Assembly (NCBI RefSeq): GCF_006345805.1
Contig: NC_043003.1
Coordinates: 85,188,001-85,252,000 of the forward strand
DNA from: Octopus sinensis
Lineage: Eukaryota
Reading direction: 5' to 3'
DNA length: 64,000 bases
Positions 1 to 13,469 of this stretch are shown here, one piece after another; position 1 is the first letter of the stretch, and every line of letters starts with the position of its first letter. The notes beneath the pieces were generated by a model. That model ran no database searches. It was not told where the DNA came from and was given only the letters and a program-made list of their open reading frames with translations. A program made the translations under genes and the position numbers.

Positions 1-333
1 AGCGACTTCGAGGGCCACCTCCCAGTGGTGTCGGGCGTCAATGAAGAGCCCTCGACTACAACAAGACGACCAAAGTTTTTTTTTTCCAAGGTCTGGGGTC
101 TCCCGCCCCTAAACCCTAGACCATCACCTAATCACCCTTACCCGCCTTGTTGCTTAACAACAACAACAACAACCAATGGCAGCAGTGCCAAGAATAGAAG
201 CATCACAAGCAACAGTACCAACACCAGGAGAGATCCACTCAACAACGATAATAATAATAACAATAGGATAGTATGTACACTGGAAAATATGTAAAGAATA
301 CAAAATCAGCGCTCCTGCTTTCTGGTATGAACA

Positions 334-888
334 TCATCCTGAGCTAGTCGTTGAAGGTAAAAATGTCACTATCCTCTGAGATTTTCCAGTCAACACTGAC
401 AGAAAAACCCAGGCTAATCGATCAGACATAATTATTAAAGACAGGGAATAAAATACTTGTAGACTAATAGATGTAAGTGTTCCCATTGGTAAAAATATAT
501 CTGTCAATGAATTTGACAAGCTAAGTAAATATAAGGACCTGGAAATTGAAATACAAAAGATGCGGCATTTTAAAACGAGAAACGTTCCTGTTATTGTAGA
601 TACCCTACGTATGATAAAAAAAAAAGTGGGGATGTCAGAAATATCTGGATAAGATCCCAGGAGAACCATGTCTCACAGAAATCCAAAAGATTGTAATGAT
701 AAGTACTGCCAACATCCTTAGAAAAACCCTATCCATTTAAATGTCTGTATTGTATTACATGAAGCTATTTCGCTACTTCCCCTCCTCAAGCTTTCAGTCA
801 TACTGTAACATCTCTTGTCCTTCACTCACCCCAGGACACTGGGTATGTCTTAGCAAGTGACTGTAACAAACATGCAGATTAAAAGTAA
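334..888 (+). mobile_element. 3' remnant of an RLE-type non-LTR retrotransposon (R4/Dong-like)
   Basis: Frame with stops reads VTIL*DFPVNTDRKTQANRSDIIIKD...LIDVSVP...EFDKLSKYKDLEIEIQKM (PD..D..E..K..KY endonuclease). The 3' UTR runs into (TAA)n. Confidence 0.8.
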
Positions 889-1033
889 ATAATAATAATA
901 ATAATAATCCTTTCTACTAAAGACACAAGGCCTGAAATTTTGTGGGAGGGGACTAATTGATTACATCGACCCCAGTGTTTTACTGGTGCTTAATTTATCG
1001 ACCCCGAAAGGATGAAAGGCAAAGTCGACCCGG

Positions 1034-1080
<47 letters not shown>

Positions 1081-1085
<5 letters not shown>

Positions 1086-1524
1086 AACTGAGCAAATATA
1101 AAGATCTTGAAACAAAAACTGAGCAAATATAACGATCTTGAAATAGAAATGAGCAAAATGTGGAACCTGAAGACTAAAACAATACCCATTGTCATAGGTG
1201 CCCTGGGAATGATAGCTAAAGGGGCTAATTGCTACCTAGCTCAGATACCAGGAAACCCCCAAAATGGCAGAAATTCAAAAGATAGTGCTCATGGGAACTG
1301 CTCAAATCCTACGCAAAATACTTTCTATGTAATCTCAAGTTTTAAAACAAACATAATTTTCTTATGCTTTCTTAAACATTCTCTAGAACAACACTATGTA
1401 CAAAACCAAATATATGGCACCCTAGGCATAACACCAACATGAACTTCCAACTTGTTGTCTCTTGAGGTCTCTGGGTGAGACTTGGAGCCAACTTGTATAA
1501 TGTAAAGCAAAAGTCAAACATAAA
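1081..1524 (+). mobile_element. 5'-truncated R4/Dong-like copy inserted in (TAA)n
   Basis: KLSKYNDLEIEMSKMWNLKTKTIPIVIGALG. (TAA)n on both sides; ~30-bp tandem duplication at the 5' junction. Confidence 0.82.
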
Positions 1525-1994
1525 ATAATAATAATAATGATGATGATGATGATGATGATGCCCTGGCAACAGTAACACAGCAGCAGTTGCAGCAATGGTA
1601 GTAACAACAGCAATAATAACGATAGTAATTTTTTTTATTTGCCACAGGGGTGAAAGATGAGGTGGGGGAGAACATTACAAGGACGAACTGCCAAAGAAAA
1701 GAAAAAAGGGTGATGGTTTAGATAGAGTCAAGTATGAGAACGACTATAACAAAAAATGAAGAAATGAAGCATCCCAGTAAAAGGATATCCACCTGGTATC
1801 AAACAGGAAGCCCACGGATCACAGATATTTTATAATGATGAAGCAAGTGCCCTCTCCCAGATATATTCTCACAATAAAAATATTTATTAGTTGTAATGTT
1901 GTCTTCTTCAGAAAAAGAACAAGAGTCAATTCTCATATTCCCTATAATACTTGAACTTTGTGTTGATTTATGAAAGCAATAATGTATAAATATA

Positions 1995-2226
1995 TATTTC
2001 TTTACTACCCACAAGGGGCTAAACATAGAGGGGACAAACAAGGACAGACAAAGGGATTAAGTCGATTATATCGACCCTAGTGTGTAACTGGTACTTAATT
2101 TATCGACCCCGAAAGGATGAAAGGCAAAGTCGACCTCGGCGGAATTTGAACTCAGAACGTAACGACAGACGAAATACCGCTAAGCATTTCGCCCGGCGCG
2201 CTAACGTTTCAGCCAGCTCGCCGCCT
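1995..2226 (-). mobile_element. tRNA-derived SINE, family A, full length
   Basis: Head GGCGGCGAGCTGG...GAGTTCAAATTCC (A/B box), core GAGGTCGACTTTGCCTTTCATCCTTTCGGGGTCGATAAA. 16-bp TSD ATAATGTATAAATATA at 1979-1994 and 2227-2242. Partial or older copies near 905-1035, 2710-2910, 3155-3425, 11015-11220, 14770-14930, 21261-21457, 48210-48420 and 53030-53252. Confidence 0.9.
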
Positions 2227-3276
2227 ATAATGTATAAATATAGTGTGATAATACTGAAAGCCTAAAAGCATGTTTTTCTTGTTTTCGATGTTTATTTTCT
2301 CTCTTTATCGGTTCATAATAGCTGCTGTATTGTTGCCTCCCTTCTAACAATACGCCACATTTACGAATATACTGTGTTTATTAAATTCAAGATGTTTATC
2401 TGTATACAAAATTTAACCGATATACCATGTTTATCCAAATACCAAGTGTTCTTTGACAACCAAGATAATAAGCAACATGAATGTTGTAAAAACGGTACTA
2501 GTTCGTTGGTGTGAACTTCCATCTCTGCCAAAGAAAGAAAATATTTTTATTAGAATAAACTATAGCATAGAGGGGCGTCAATTAAATAAATACCAGTGAT
2601 ATACTAGGGTTTAATAACGATAGTAATACAAGTAACTTACTGAGGTCAAATTTAGTGATATTACTTGATATACTAAAGTAAAATATAGTAATCATAATAC
2701 TTGTAATATATTGGTTTCAAGTTTTGGCACAAGGCCAGCAATTTTTGGGCAGGGAGTTAGTCAATTACATCGACCCCAGTGCTCAACTGGTACTTCTTTT
2801 ATCGACCACGGAAAGATGAAAAGCAAAGTCGGCCTCGGAGGAATGTGAATGCAGAACGCAAAGATGAACGAAATGCCACCAAACCTGTTTCCCGGCGTGC
2901 TAACGATTCTACATGTTTGCTGCTTTATAACACTTACAGTATAATGGAATAAAATCTACCAATTTGCATTGGTAGTAGGGAGGTAGTGATTCAGGAGGAG
3001 ATTTGGGCACCTGGGTCCTCTTTCCAGCCTTACAAAGTGGGATAGTTGGTGACAGTAGCTGAAAGCAGGGATTGACGATATCGACTAACACTCTCCCCGC
3101 AAAATTATCGAGCTTTTACCTAAATTAGAAAGTATGATGAGTAATTTTATAAGGCAATGAGCTGGCAGAATTGTTAGAGCGTCGGGAAAATGTCTTGCGA
3201 TATTTCTTCCGGTTATTTACGTTCTGAGTTCAAATCCCATCAAGATCAAGTTTGCCTTTCATCCCTCCGAGGCCGA

Positions 3277-3309
<33 letters not shown>

Positions 3310-4050
3310 CCTTTCTACTATAGAAGACCTGAAATTTTGTGGGTGGGGGAGCTCTGTCGATTATATCAGTCCCAGCGTCCGACTGGTGCCTACTTCATCG
3401 ACCCCGAAAAGATGAAAGACAAATTACAGGTCGGTAATATTGACTAACCCCTTTAGCTTGTGGCTTTGTGTCTCAGGAATTATTATTTGTAATTACATAG
3501 CCAACTTTATCTTATATTTCAAAAAGTAATTAGAACTAAAACTAAATCTTAATTAAAATCGATATTTTGAACATTTATCCATTAAATTTTCGCAATCAGC
3601 GAGTGATCTATTATATTTACTAATTGCAGGATGCGTGAGAATGAGAGTGTTGGCGTTTATGGCTTTCCCAACAATTGAAGTTCGGTTGAAAACTCGATTT
3701 GCTGGGTGTTAACAACCAACTATACTTTATTACTTGCAAGGTCTCACAGTATCTCTTTCGACTCTCTTGCTCAAATCCCGCCGAGGTCAGCTTCGCCTTC
3801 CATCCTTTCAGAATCGATAAAAACTAATCCAAGCCGGTGGATTGGCAGAACTGTAACAACCAGGACAGGATGCTATGCAATATTTGTCATAGTACTTTGA
3901 GTTCTGAGTTCAATTCAAGCTATGGTCTGCTTGGTAGTAGACTTAATCCATCACTCATTTTAACACCACTACCTCGTACCCTGGGTGTCTTTATCAGAGT
4001 TTGTTCGTTGCAAGCACTCTGGTCAAGTCTCCTGTTTAAGGATGCATTCT

Positions 4051-4105
4051 TCAAATCCACCAGTTTTGGTGGCCCAATAAAGCATCAAGGACAATGCCTT
4101 TCCTC
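4051..4105 (-). CDS. HHIPL: Tentative last coding exon of the HHIP-like gene (RKGIVLDALLGHQNWWI*)
   Basis: Pyrimidine tract plus TAG acceptor at 4106 gives the correct phase and a 487-aa protein. It needs a 53-nt intron and has no homology support. Confidence 0.35.
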
Positions 4106-4158
4106 CTATCGAAAAGATAAAAACAAAATGGGAAAACAGAAACCAACAAATGTCATAC

Positions 4159-4240
4159 CTGCTCTTGCTTCGAATACTGTAGACGTGTCCGGAACTTTGA
4201 TAGCCAAATAGATCAGAAGTAGTCAACATATACAGCTCCC
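4159..4240 (-). CDS. HHIPL: HHIP-like coding exon 7
   Basis: (G)ELYMLTTSDLFGYQSSGHVYSIRSKS(R). TAG acceptor, AG|GTATGA donor, 82 nt, phase 1 to 2. Confidence 0.85.
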
Positions 4241-5116
4241 CTAGGAAAGAGAGAGAGGGGAAATAATAGTAACAAGTTATTGTTTTTGTTGTTGTGTGGC
4301 TAACTTTTGCCCTACTTGAGGAGACTTATTATCAAAATATTTCTAGGCATGACAACCCCGTTTAGTGTTCAGGAATAGAGTGTCAGAAATGACACCAGTA
4401 CGAAGTGAACTTTTTAGCTATACAGCCATACCTGCACCCATTTAATATGGCGTTTAGTGGGGTTAGCAGTAAAGGTGAAGCAAAGAGGAAAAGCAGGGAA
4501 CAAATGGAGCAGATGCCTTAATACAAGGAAGAAGGGGAGCATATCTGATATTTTTTCATGCCTCCGAGACTAATGAAAAAAAATGGAGGACATTATCATT
4601 AGACCGAAAACCTGGACACTGCTAACATTTCCTATGGGTCACATGACGATGTTAAACTAGGAGATAGATTAAGTCTATTCCTCAAGAAGAGGAACGGCAT
4701 CCCCGAGGCACTTCTACAAATCTCCCAGTTGCCAAATCTCAATGAAATGGCATTAGAAGATCCAAAGCTATGGTTGATTCACAATTTCACGATGCCGCGC
4801 AGCTGAATAGAACCCGAAACCATATAGTAATGAAGCGAACTTCTTAACCTCATGACCATGCCTGTGCCTATGAAAGAATGCTTACCATTAAGTCTAGTAC
4901 TCTTTTAGCGGATGCTGTCTGTAATATTTGAGTATTGCTGCTTCGTTGTCCATAATACGTGGGCAGTGCTTCTGTCCACAATCAACTTCGGAAGTCAGCC
5001 TGAAAGTATTACTCTTCGTTTACACCCAATAATATGTTTGACAACGAAGAATATCGTTGAGAAAATTCGTTTCTATATAGGATATCAAAAGGAAAAAATT
5101 ATCTATGATGTATTAC

Positions 5117-5259
5117 CTTCAATGTCCTCTCCAAACGACAATATGTACTGATTTTTCTGTGCTTCACTGTTGTTAGATTCGCATTTGATGCTTTCACAAT
5201 AGGTAAGTTTGCTTTCTGACCAGTGGCCTGTGGGCATTTCATTCAAGAGGAACAGATCT
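5117..5259 (-). CDS. HHIPL: HHIP-like coding exon 6
   Basis: DLFLLNEMPTGHWSESKLTYCESIKC...QYILSFGEDIE(G). 143 nt, phase 2 to 1; SFGED..GE motif. Confidence 0.92.
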
Positions 5260-7275
5260 CTGTAAAATCAAAACAATTATACACATATATACCCATTTTC
5301 TGAACTTCTCCCACCATCAACACTACCTAGACTACTTCCCTTGCTGCATAGAGGTCGTCTATATTGCTTCATTAATTCTTGAAGTAATCATCCTAGGTGA
5401 TTTCACTGCTCACAAACTCCCATAGACTCTCACACGCATTCCATATTAATGCAGTCAGTGGAGAAACCGAATATTTCTCAATTCTCAACCACCTACATCA
5501 TCCTTAACACCCATCACTGCCGAGACATAAGATACTCCAAACACTACCGATATCTTTCTCACGGATGTTTTTCGATCCAACCTCTACCAGAATAAAACCG
5601 TCTTTACAGCTATCGCACCGTCCGACTACAGCCGTTTCGCAATTACTCCAAAGTCCTGGATCAAGTACGGATTATTATTGTTCTCTAACCCCAGAAACTT
5701 ATCGGAGTTGATTAAGACCACGCAGTACTAACATGGATGTCCATGAATATTTTTACTCAAGTTTGCTTGCAACAAGGTATTTGTTGCACAACCTCTTATG
5801 CTGGAAGATTTCAACAGTCACCCTTAAAAGGTCTGAGTAAAGACTGGCTTGCTAAACGAAAAACGAACATTGCTGATCATTGCACTCAACACTTTCCTAA
5901 CTTCAAAACATCATGTTCATATTTCATTGCTAAGTTACTCTAAATTTCAATCTGATAGTTGACAAATTTGTATTTGAATAATTACGAGACTTACTTAACC
6001 AGTGAAAAGGATATTCTGAATTTTTTAAAACTTTTTACTGGTAAAAACTGAAGGGATTTAACGTATTATAAAGGGATTTAAGGTATTACATATAATTTAA
6101 TTTGAAAATTAATTTTGTTAGACTATACATTATTTAATAATTAGGTGGTATTTTTATCACGTAGTATTACATTTAAGTAATTTATTTTGGTCAACTATAT
6201 TATTGAGTGAAATATTAAATCTATAGATACTACATATATATTAATAATATAGTTAGTTTATATAATGTGTTTGTGTATATTTGAACCATTTCCTATTTTT
6301 GATTCCAGTATCTATGACTTGTACTAGCATTGTGTATATTAATTAAGACGCTAAGACCTATTTTTATACATTTAAATCCAATTATATTAATTTAATCGAT
6401 ATGCTTAGTAACGTTGTTTGTTTATCAATATTATTTGGATTTTGTATTATATTTAGTTTGATTGTTGTTATTATTATTATTGTTATTGACTGGATTTGTA
6501 GTGGAATGTCGGTTGTAGTTGAATGTCTTCATAGTGTAATGTTCATTTGTTCTACTTTTTTTCGTACGTTTCTTTAATTCATGGGGCTTAGATATTTGTC
6601 GTATTTTTTATTAGTAAATAGTTTTCGCCATTTTCATAGATAACTTATTCTATTTGTATACACTAAGTCTTCACGCGTTTAATTTTTATAAACACTAAGA
6701 CCTATATATTTTTCACGTTTAAAATTCAGATATATTATTTTCATCAACAAGCTAAGTAACGCTTTTTGCTTATAAATATTATTTGGCTTTTGAATTATAT
6801 TGGGTTTGATTATTATTGTTATTATTATTGTTGTTTGAATATTATTATTTTTATATATATTGATTGTTATAAGTTATGATAGTTATTAATTATGATATCT
6901 ATTTATTTAGAATGCTTTATTATTATTTTTATAAAGGGATTTAACGTATTACATATAATTTAATTTGAGAATTAATTTTGTTAGACAATACAGTATTTAA
7001 TAATTAGGTGGTATATTTATCAAGTAGTATTACATTTAAGTAAATTAGTTTTTATATTAATTGATATTTTGGTCAACTATATTGAGTCTACCAAATTCAC
7101 TCACAAGGTTCGGGGCTATAGTAAAAGACACTCGCCCAAAGGTGTTACGCAGTGAAGTTAAACCCAAGGCCATGTGGTTGGGAAGCAAACATCTTACTAC
7201 ACAGCTATGCCTTCTTATTGAAGTAAAAACATTTTAAAATTCATAAAAACAAAAAAAAAAGGAAAAAATACCTAC

Positions 7276-7408
7276 ATATTGAGAAAGTCGCCAAAAATAT
7301 ATTTTCCATTTAAGTGCGGTATTTTGCGCCCTCTGTATACATAGCCGCCAATAATAACTTTACGATTATAACTATGTTTGTAGGTAGCTATCGGGAAGAT
7401 TTCATTTC
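7276..7408 (-). CDS. HHIPL: HHIP-like coding exon 5
   Basis: NEIFPIATYKHSYNRKVIIGGYVYRGRKIPHLNGKYIFGDFLN. 133 nt, phase 1 to 2, CAG acceptor and GTAGGT donor. Confidence 0.93.
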
Positions 7409-7657
7409 CTGTGGAATGGAAGAAGGGAAAGAAAGAAACCAGAATTTAGTACAGTATTATCCATACAATTTCAAAGCAAGGTGATTAAATTATACTAATG
7501 TGTCCATCTGTTCTAATTTAATTAAATTCTATGTCTTTGTGCGGCCGAAGATTGCTCTGCATTTTAAATTGATGTAATGATTGCATTGTTCAGTTAAATG
7601 GAGTTGCATGAAACGATCGTACTGGATTACCACTGGATATCCTTGGTGCTTATTTTG

Positions 7658-7690
<33 letters not shown>

Positions 7691-7926
7691 TGTATGTATG
7701 TATGTATGTATGTATAATTACGGTGACTAACAGCAGTTTAAAAACAACAAGGAAATAATACTCACTCCACCTAGCATACTAATCTAATGCATCTCGCTAA
7801 CGGGGGAGAGGGTTTTCTCCCCTGTCAATACAAAGAGACCCTGTGCTTTTTTGTGGCTGAGTCGTAGACTACTATTTCTAGCAATGCTGGTGCTTACTGC
7901 ACCCTTCTCACTCTTAGTGATAGTGA

Positions 7927-7967
<41 letters not shown>

Positions 7968-9528
7968 GAATGGGCTCTCAATTATAGACTAGAACAAAGA
8001 TTGCTAGAATTTCTTTCAACAACATTTTTAAGGCAATTCAAAACACTCGCAGCTGAAGTTTAGGCTTAAGGCACTGAACAGCCAAACATCCTTCAGAACA
8101 TAACCTAATTTAATATTTCTGTAAGATAAGATGCCAATGATAGTACTTCGTTGTCAGCGACTCGGTTCCTCGCTATATCTCGAATGACACAAATGGAAAC
8201 ATGTAATGTACCAAAAAATTACGGTATTTCCATATTTTGTTCTTCTATTCAGCTACGAACACAGTGAACCCTGCTCCTAGCTGTATGGCTGCATATAGAA
8301 TATGTAATGCAGCGAAAAAAAAATCGCTAACAATGGCGTTTCATGTGAAAACTCCGTTTTAAAGGCGAATAGTGAATCTATCGGACTTCTTCCTGTTGTC
8401 TCCGAACGATCCGACTAATTCTAGTATTAAAGAGATATTTTCTCTGGTTAGGGCTCATTTTATGAGCCCTAACCAGAGATCTACATTCAGTCGACATGGC
8501 AATCTATGAACACCCTATCCTCGTTACTAAGTGCCTTACCGTATCGACTCCTCATTCGCCCACGTACATCATCTTTGACTCTGAGAGCAGTGGCGATGTG
8601 AAGTTTATTCGGCTTAAGTAGATCGTTCGTGTTCGCCACAAGCGCATCAAACCAATCCCCAGAAAATTTATCACTCGCAAAAAGTGACACTTTAAATATT
8701 GATCAGATTCATCAAAAAGATAATCAAAAGTATGTTGCGACTATTGTTGATTTGCCCATCACCGGAACAAACATTCCAAGTCACCTCAACAGTTGTAGTA
8801 AAGCTTTACATTGATCAACCTTTCGAGTTTCTTCTAAATTAAGTTGTCAAAAAGCGGTAGGAACTCTGAGAATCTAAACGAGGGCTTAAGTCTAATAATT
8901 ACACCAATTTAAGGATCGACAAATAATCGTTAATAATAATAATAATATATCTCGATTAGGATTAATCGTATCGATATTTTTAAGTAATTGTTTCTAGGTC
9001 AAGTTTGAGGATTACAATGGTGACTTCAGAATATCCACATGTTGTGACGACTGCGTCACGCGCTGTTTAGTACCAAGCTAAGCTGGACGGGCGCAAATTT
9101 CGAATAGAGTTGACAGGAGAGCGATGACAAGTACACTTTCGAGTGGAATCCACTCTGTTGCAGATCAGTGCTTTGAGGATAGCTTTCTCCTACCAAGCAA
9201 TACGCATGACCGTATAAAGGACCATATAAAGGGAATTGTCTTCCCTTCTGACTAAAAGATAAAAAAGCAGACAACCAGACAAGGAGATACCTTCTTTAAA
9301 ATGTTGTGTGCGAAGCCAAACGATTGCAAGATCAGACGTCACAGGAAAGGATATCATCGCTTAATTTGGGGGTAAAAATAGGTCTTAAAAAAGCCAGTTG
9401 TTCAGACAATTCTAAACAGTCATCCGAAAGGTCTTGCAAACGTTTGCTTTGTAAGTATGTATTTTCTCTTCTGTTCTTAATTATTTGAAATCTTCATCTA
9501 AGGAAGGAGCTGGTTTCTAACAAAGATA

Positions 9529-10094
9529 TGTAACGAAATGTAAATATCTTCTCTGCACTGTTTGGGTGCAAGAAGCAATCACTTTCCGTTGCTTTTTAAT
9601 AATCCAGATTCTACCAGTCAAAGAAACACAAAACGCAGACGTAAAAAATAGATATACTTTATTGTCTTATACCGGTGAGAAATAAGTGGTATATCTGATA
9701 TCCTTGGTTCTGGGCGCGCAAGGCTGAAAGTTAATCGCTTGTAAGATTTTACAATGTTCAGCCGCTAAAAACAAAACGGGTTAAAGATGGCCGCGGAAAA
9801 ATGAAGACGATGTTGTCTGCAACAATTTGGTTAAAGTCTTCAGCCGACTGCTATCAAATACGGACAGAGAGAAAATATACGTCTGCTTGTATCAAAGGCC
9901 TTCTGCTGTCTCTACTGTCTCTGCTGGACGCTAATAGTCAAGGTTTTTGCGTTCCCTTGCCTCTTTTCTAAGGGTCGCTTTTCCTAGCCAATCAGCTAAT
10001 TCCACGATAGCAATATTCCCTCTTCTGGTGATGAAAACACGCGCGAATCAGAAAAGGGCGTTGTGCGCGCGCGCTGTTGTATAGCGTCACTACA
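9529..10094 (-). mobile_element. Solo LTR (probably Gypsy-type)
   Basis: TGTAACG...CACTACA termini, 4-bp TSD GATA on both sides, AATAAA on the minus strand near 9660, no ORF. Confidence 0.7.
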
Positions 10095-10614
10095 GATACA
10101 AAGCTCATCTTTGGAACGTATGTAACAAAAGCTTATTTACATTTTGAACTTTAGATAAGTCTTGCATATTTTTACTGTTCTGTTTACAGATTGCATTTGT
10201 AACGTGCGAGTTGGCTGGTTGATTTCTTTTATAAAAAAAAACCATAGCATTTCCACATTGTCCCGTAGGGTCAAGGGTGAGATGTCCGAGAAGGTGCTAT
10301 ATATACACGTGACTAGATAGGCAGGTAAAACTAATTATAAAAGCATGGTACATGTTTCCAACCCATACTTGCTCAAGAGTAACGGCTGACTGTACTGTAT
10401 AGTACTTTACGTTTAGTACAAAAAATAATAAAACAAACGAAATCTATATGAATAGGTAACACCACAATGTAATCTATAAACTTTCAGTTTATCGAATGCG
10501 AGTCACGGTTTCGATTCCTTGCTGAAATCTTTGCGAATGGGCAGCAGAGTCTCAGGCATTCCCTTTATGTATTTCAAACTCCAAAACCAAGTAAGAATGT
10601 ATTAATATACTCAC

Positions 10615-10764
10615 TAATTGTTTCTGAGTTACAGACACGATTTCGTCGACACCGATGTCCCTCTCGTAAATTCCATCCATAATTTCCTTCTTTATATATA
10701 ATGTTGATTTCTTCAAACATTTGATCACCGACATCTCCACAAAAGATACGACCACGGCCAGTTC
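10615..10764 (-). CDS. HHIPL: HHIP-like coding exon 4
   Basis: [39 protein letters not shown]... 150 nt, phase 1 to 1, CAG acceptor and GTGAGT donor. Confidence 0.93.
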
Positions 10765-11802
10765 CTGAAACAGTAGTAATTAATGCTTTTAATATTGCAT
10801 AAAAAATTAAAAAAAAAAAATCCCCGCTTGTAATTTTTCTCCAACCATACTATTGACATTTCACAACGACACCCCGTCTACATTTTAGCACCACCAGACC
10901 ATTGTCCTTATTATTTTACTAATGAACATCATCTATATTTTGCTGTCCACTATAATCACTGACACTGCTCAACACTTCTTTTCTATTGCCCTCAATTCAC
11001 TATGCCATTAACAATGGTTTCAAATTTTGACACAAGTTCAGCAATTTCGTGGGTAGGGATAAGTCAGTTACACTAACCCCAGTACTCAACTGGTACTTAT
11101 TTTATCGACTCCGAAAGGATAAAAGGCAAAGTTGACTCCGGTGGAATTCGAACTCAGAACGCAAAGGTGGACGAAATGCCGCTAAGCATTTCGCCTGGCG
11201 TGCTACGGATTCTACCAGCCTGGTTGTTGACAGATTTTGCTAATCTATACGCTGTTCTATCTGGATTGGGCGGGCGTTGTGACCTTGAGCAAAACACTTC
11301 ATTTCACGTTACTCCAATCCACTCAGCTGGCAAAAATGAGTAATCGTGCAACGGGCCGGCGTCCCGTCCACGGGTTAAATATATATACACACAACGGAAA
11401 CCAGGAAACCGGTCCTTATGAGTCCATAGGGCTCGCAATGGATGCCTTACTATAAATATGACCATGAGAAGATTTGAGTCCTAAAAGCAATGATTAGGTT
11501 TAATTTTACGAGGTTACTTGACAGAGGGACCTTCTGTAAAAAAGCGTAGGGTGTGTCAAATCGATTATCTGTTAGAGCATTATATTTGGTATGTCTCAGT
11601 AATTGATATAATCTGTGAGAGCGTTATATTTAATTTGTCAGTAATTTATAAAAAAAAACGGTAAAAATTCAATTCAGCGTGATTTCAACTCGGAATTATC
11701 AGTCAAGAGTATTTAACATACAGCTTCATTTACTGTTTATATATAATTTTTAGTTTTCAATTTACCAAAGCTTCTTATCACCAACAAATAGTCAATGCTT
11801 AC

Positions 11803-11981
11803 CGGTCAGTGGATCACCTTGGTCGACGCTACACCTCCAAGAATTTTTAATGCCCAAAGCATAAATCTCTGGTGTGGCATCACTTGTGTTGATGAAAGGG
11901 TTATCTGTGGGTATGCTGTATAACCGATCAGCTGATGGGACGTCCACATTTATTCGAAGTATTTTCCCAACAAATGTGCTC
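11803..11981 (-). CDS. HHIPL: HHIP-like coding exon 3
   Basis: STFVGKILRINVDVPSADRLYSIPTDNPFINTSDATPEIYALGIKNSWRCSVDQGDPLT. 179 nt, phase 2 to 1, AG acceptor and GTAAGC donor. Confidence 0.93.
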
Positions 11982-12538
11982 CTTACAAAAAGAGAAACAA
12001 AAAGGGAAAAGAAAGAAAAATCACTTTATTGTTGTTGCATAGTAAATTGTTTGTACTACGCTGTTTCGCTCCCCACCCCTGCTAGTTATGTTAGATACCT
12101 TAGTCACTAGAGGAAGGACTGCGCCAATGACCTTTTAAGGAGTTCTAAGATTAGTGGAAGAAAGGGAAGAAATTAACTTCAGACTCGACACGTGTCTCGA
12201 ATTCTTGGAACAGAATGAACTCTGTTAAAAGTAAGCAATACCCAATGCCACTGATTACGTTTACCATCCAAGAAGAGAAACAGCCGTTTCAACGACTTTC
12301 TTTATAGCTTCTGCAACTAAATGTCACTCACATGGCTTTGATCGATTCGAAGCTAAGATAGAAGACACTTTCCCAAGGTGCTGCAAAATGGGAGCGAACC
12401 CCAAATCACGTATTTTCAAAGTGAACTTGCAAACACAGCCATGCCTACTCCCATGTTATCGTTGAATCTGTGTTCGTATTATTTATAACTCTTAAAGAGA
12501 AGAAAATGAAAACTGATTGCTGTAGACACAAGACTTAC

Positions 12539-12618
12539 ATGTTTTGAGCTAAATGTGTCCAATGACCAAATCCTGATCCTACAGATACATAAAGTAGACC
12601 ATCTGTACCGAATAAAAT
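12539..12618 (-). CDS. HHIPL: HHIP-like coding exon 2
   Basis: ttccAG|ILFGTDGLLYVSVGSGFGHWTHLAQN(M)|GTAAGT. 80 nt, phase 0 to 2, continuing NGGQ-(I/L)LFG.DG.LY. Confidence 0.9.
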
Positions 12619-13083
12619 CTGGAATAGAAACAATAAACAGCTTAGAAATTTAACATGTTTATAGGCATTATGTAGAATAAATGTATAGATTATGCAGTGA
12701 TCAAGTATTGGAAATTTAGTTTATACATTAAATCTGAATAATGGCGGGCATATAAAGTTTGAAAATTACTTCACAAATTAATGTTGCTACGTATTAAGAT
12801 TACAGTAATGTAAGTTAGTGCTGAAAGATTTGAAGTTCCGAATGGGGGAGGAAGGTGCGAGTGAATTAGAATAAAATGGTTTTATATTGCATTAAAGAGC
12901 AGGCACATGCAACTAATACCTTCCTTTGGAAAAGAATCAAAATAAATATAACTCTCGTATCCCTGTACAGCAAGCTAAATTCAATGAATGTTTTCAAGAT
13001 ATCAGTTTCTGCATCAAATAGCTAGCTAATAGGACCGTATGGCGAACAATCTTCAGTTTCCGCATCTGCCTTACGTGACAATA

Positions 13084-13469
13084 GTGGAGTCGCAATGGCC
13101 CAGTGGTTAGGGCAGCGGACTCGCGGTCATAGGATCGCGGTTTCGATTCCCATACCGGGCGTTGTGAGTGTTTATTGAGCGAAAACACCTAAAAGCTCCA
13201 CGAGGCTCCGGCAGGGGATGGTGGTGATCTCTGCTGTACTCTTTCACCACAACTTTCTCTCACTCTTACTTCCTGTTTCTCTTGTACCTGTATTTCAAAG
13301 GGCCGGCCTTGTCACTCTCTGTGTCACGCTGAATATCCCCGAGAACTACGTTAAGGGTACACGTGTCTGTGGAGTGCTCAGCCACTTACACGTTAATTTC
13401 ACGAGCAGGCTGTTCCATTGATTCGGATCAACCGGAACCCTCGTCGTCGTAACCGACGGAGTGCTTCCA
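13084..13469 (+). mobile_element. tRNA-derived SINE, family C
   Basis: A box TGGCCCAGTGG, B box GTTTCGATTCC. 13-bp TSD TTACGTGACAATA at 13071-13083 and 13470-13482. Near-identical copy at 32159. Confidence 0.9.

Noticed and set aside
2909-3091. Minus-strand segment with CAG acceptor and GTAAGT donor as a further HHIPL exon
   Set aside because: No recognisable homology in any frame. It could be an alternative last exon but is unsupported.
8330-9300. Possible DNA-transposon coding remnant in an HHIPL intron
   Set aside because: The composition suggests decayed coding DNA, but no motif or terminus could be identified by eye.
13084-13160. tRNA gene calls for the SINE heads (also 32159 and 58448)
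   Set aside because: They have imperfect cloverleaves and are joined to repeat bodies, with TSDs for the family C copies; they are tRNA-derived heads rather than tRNA genes.
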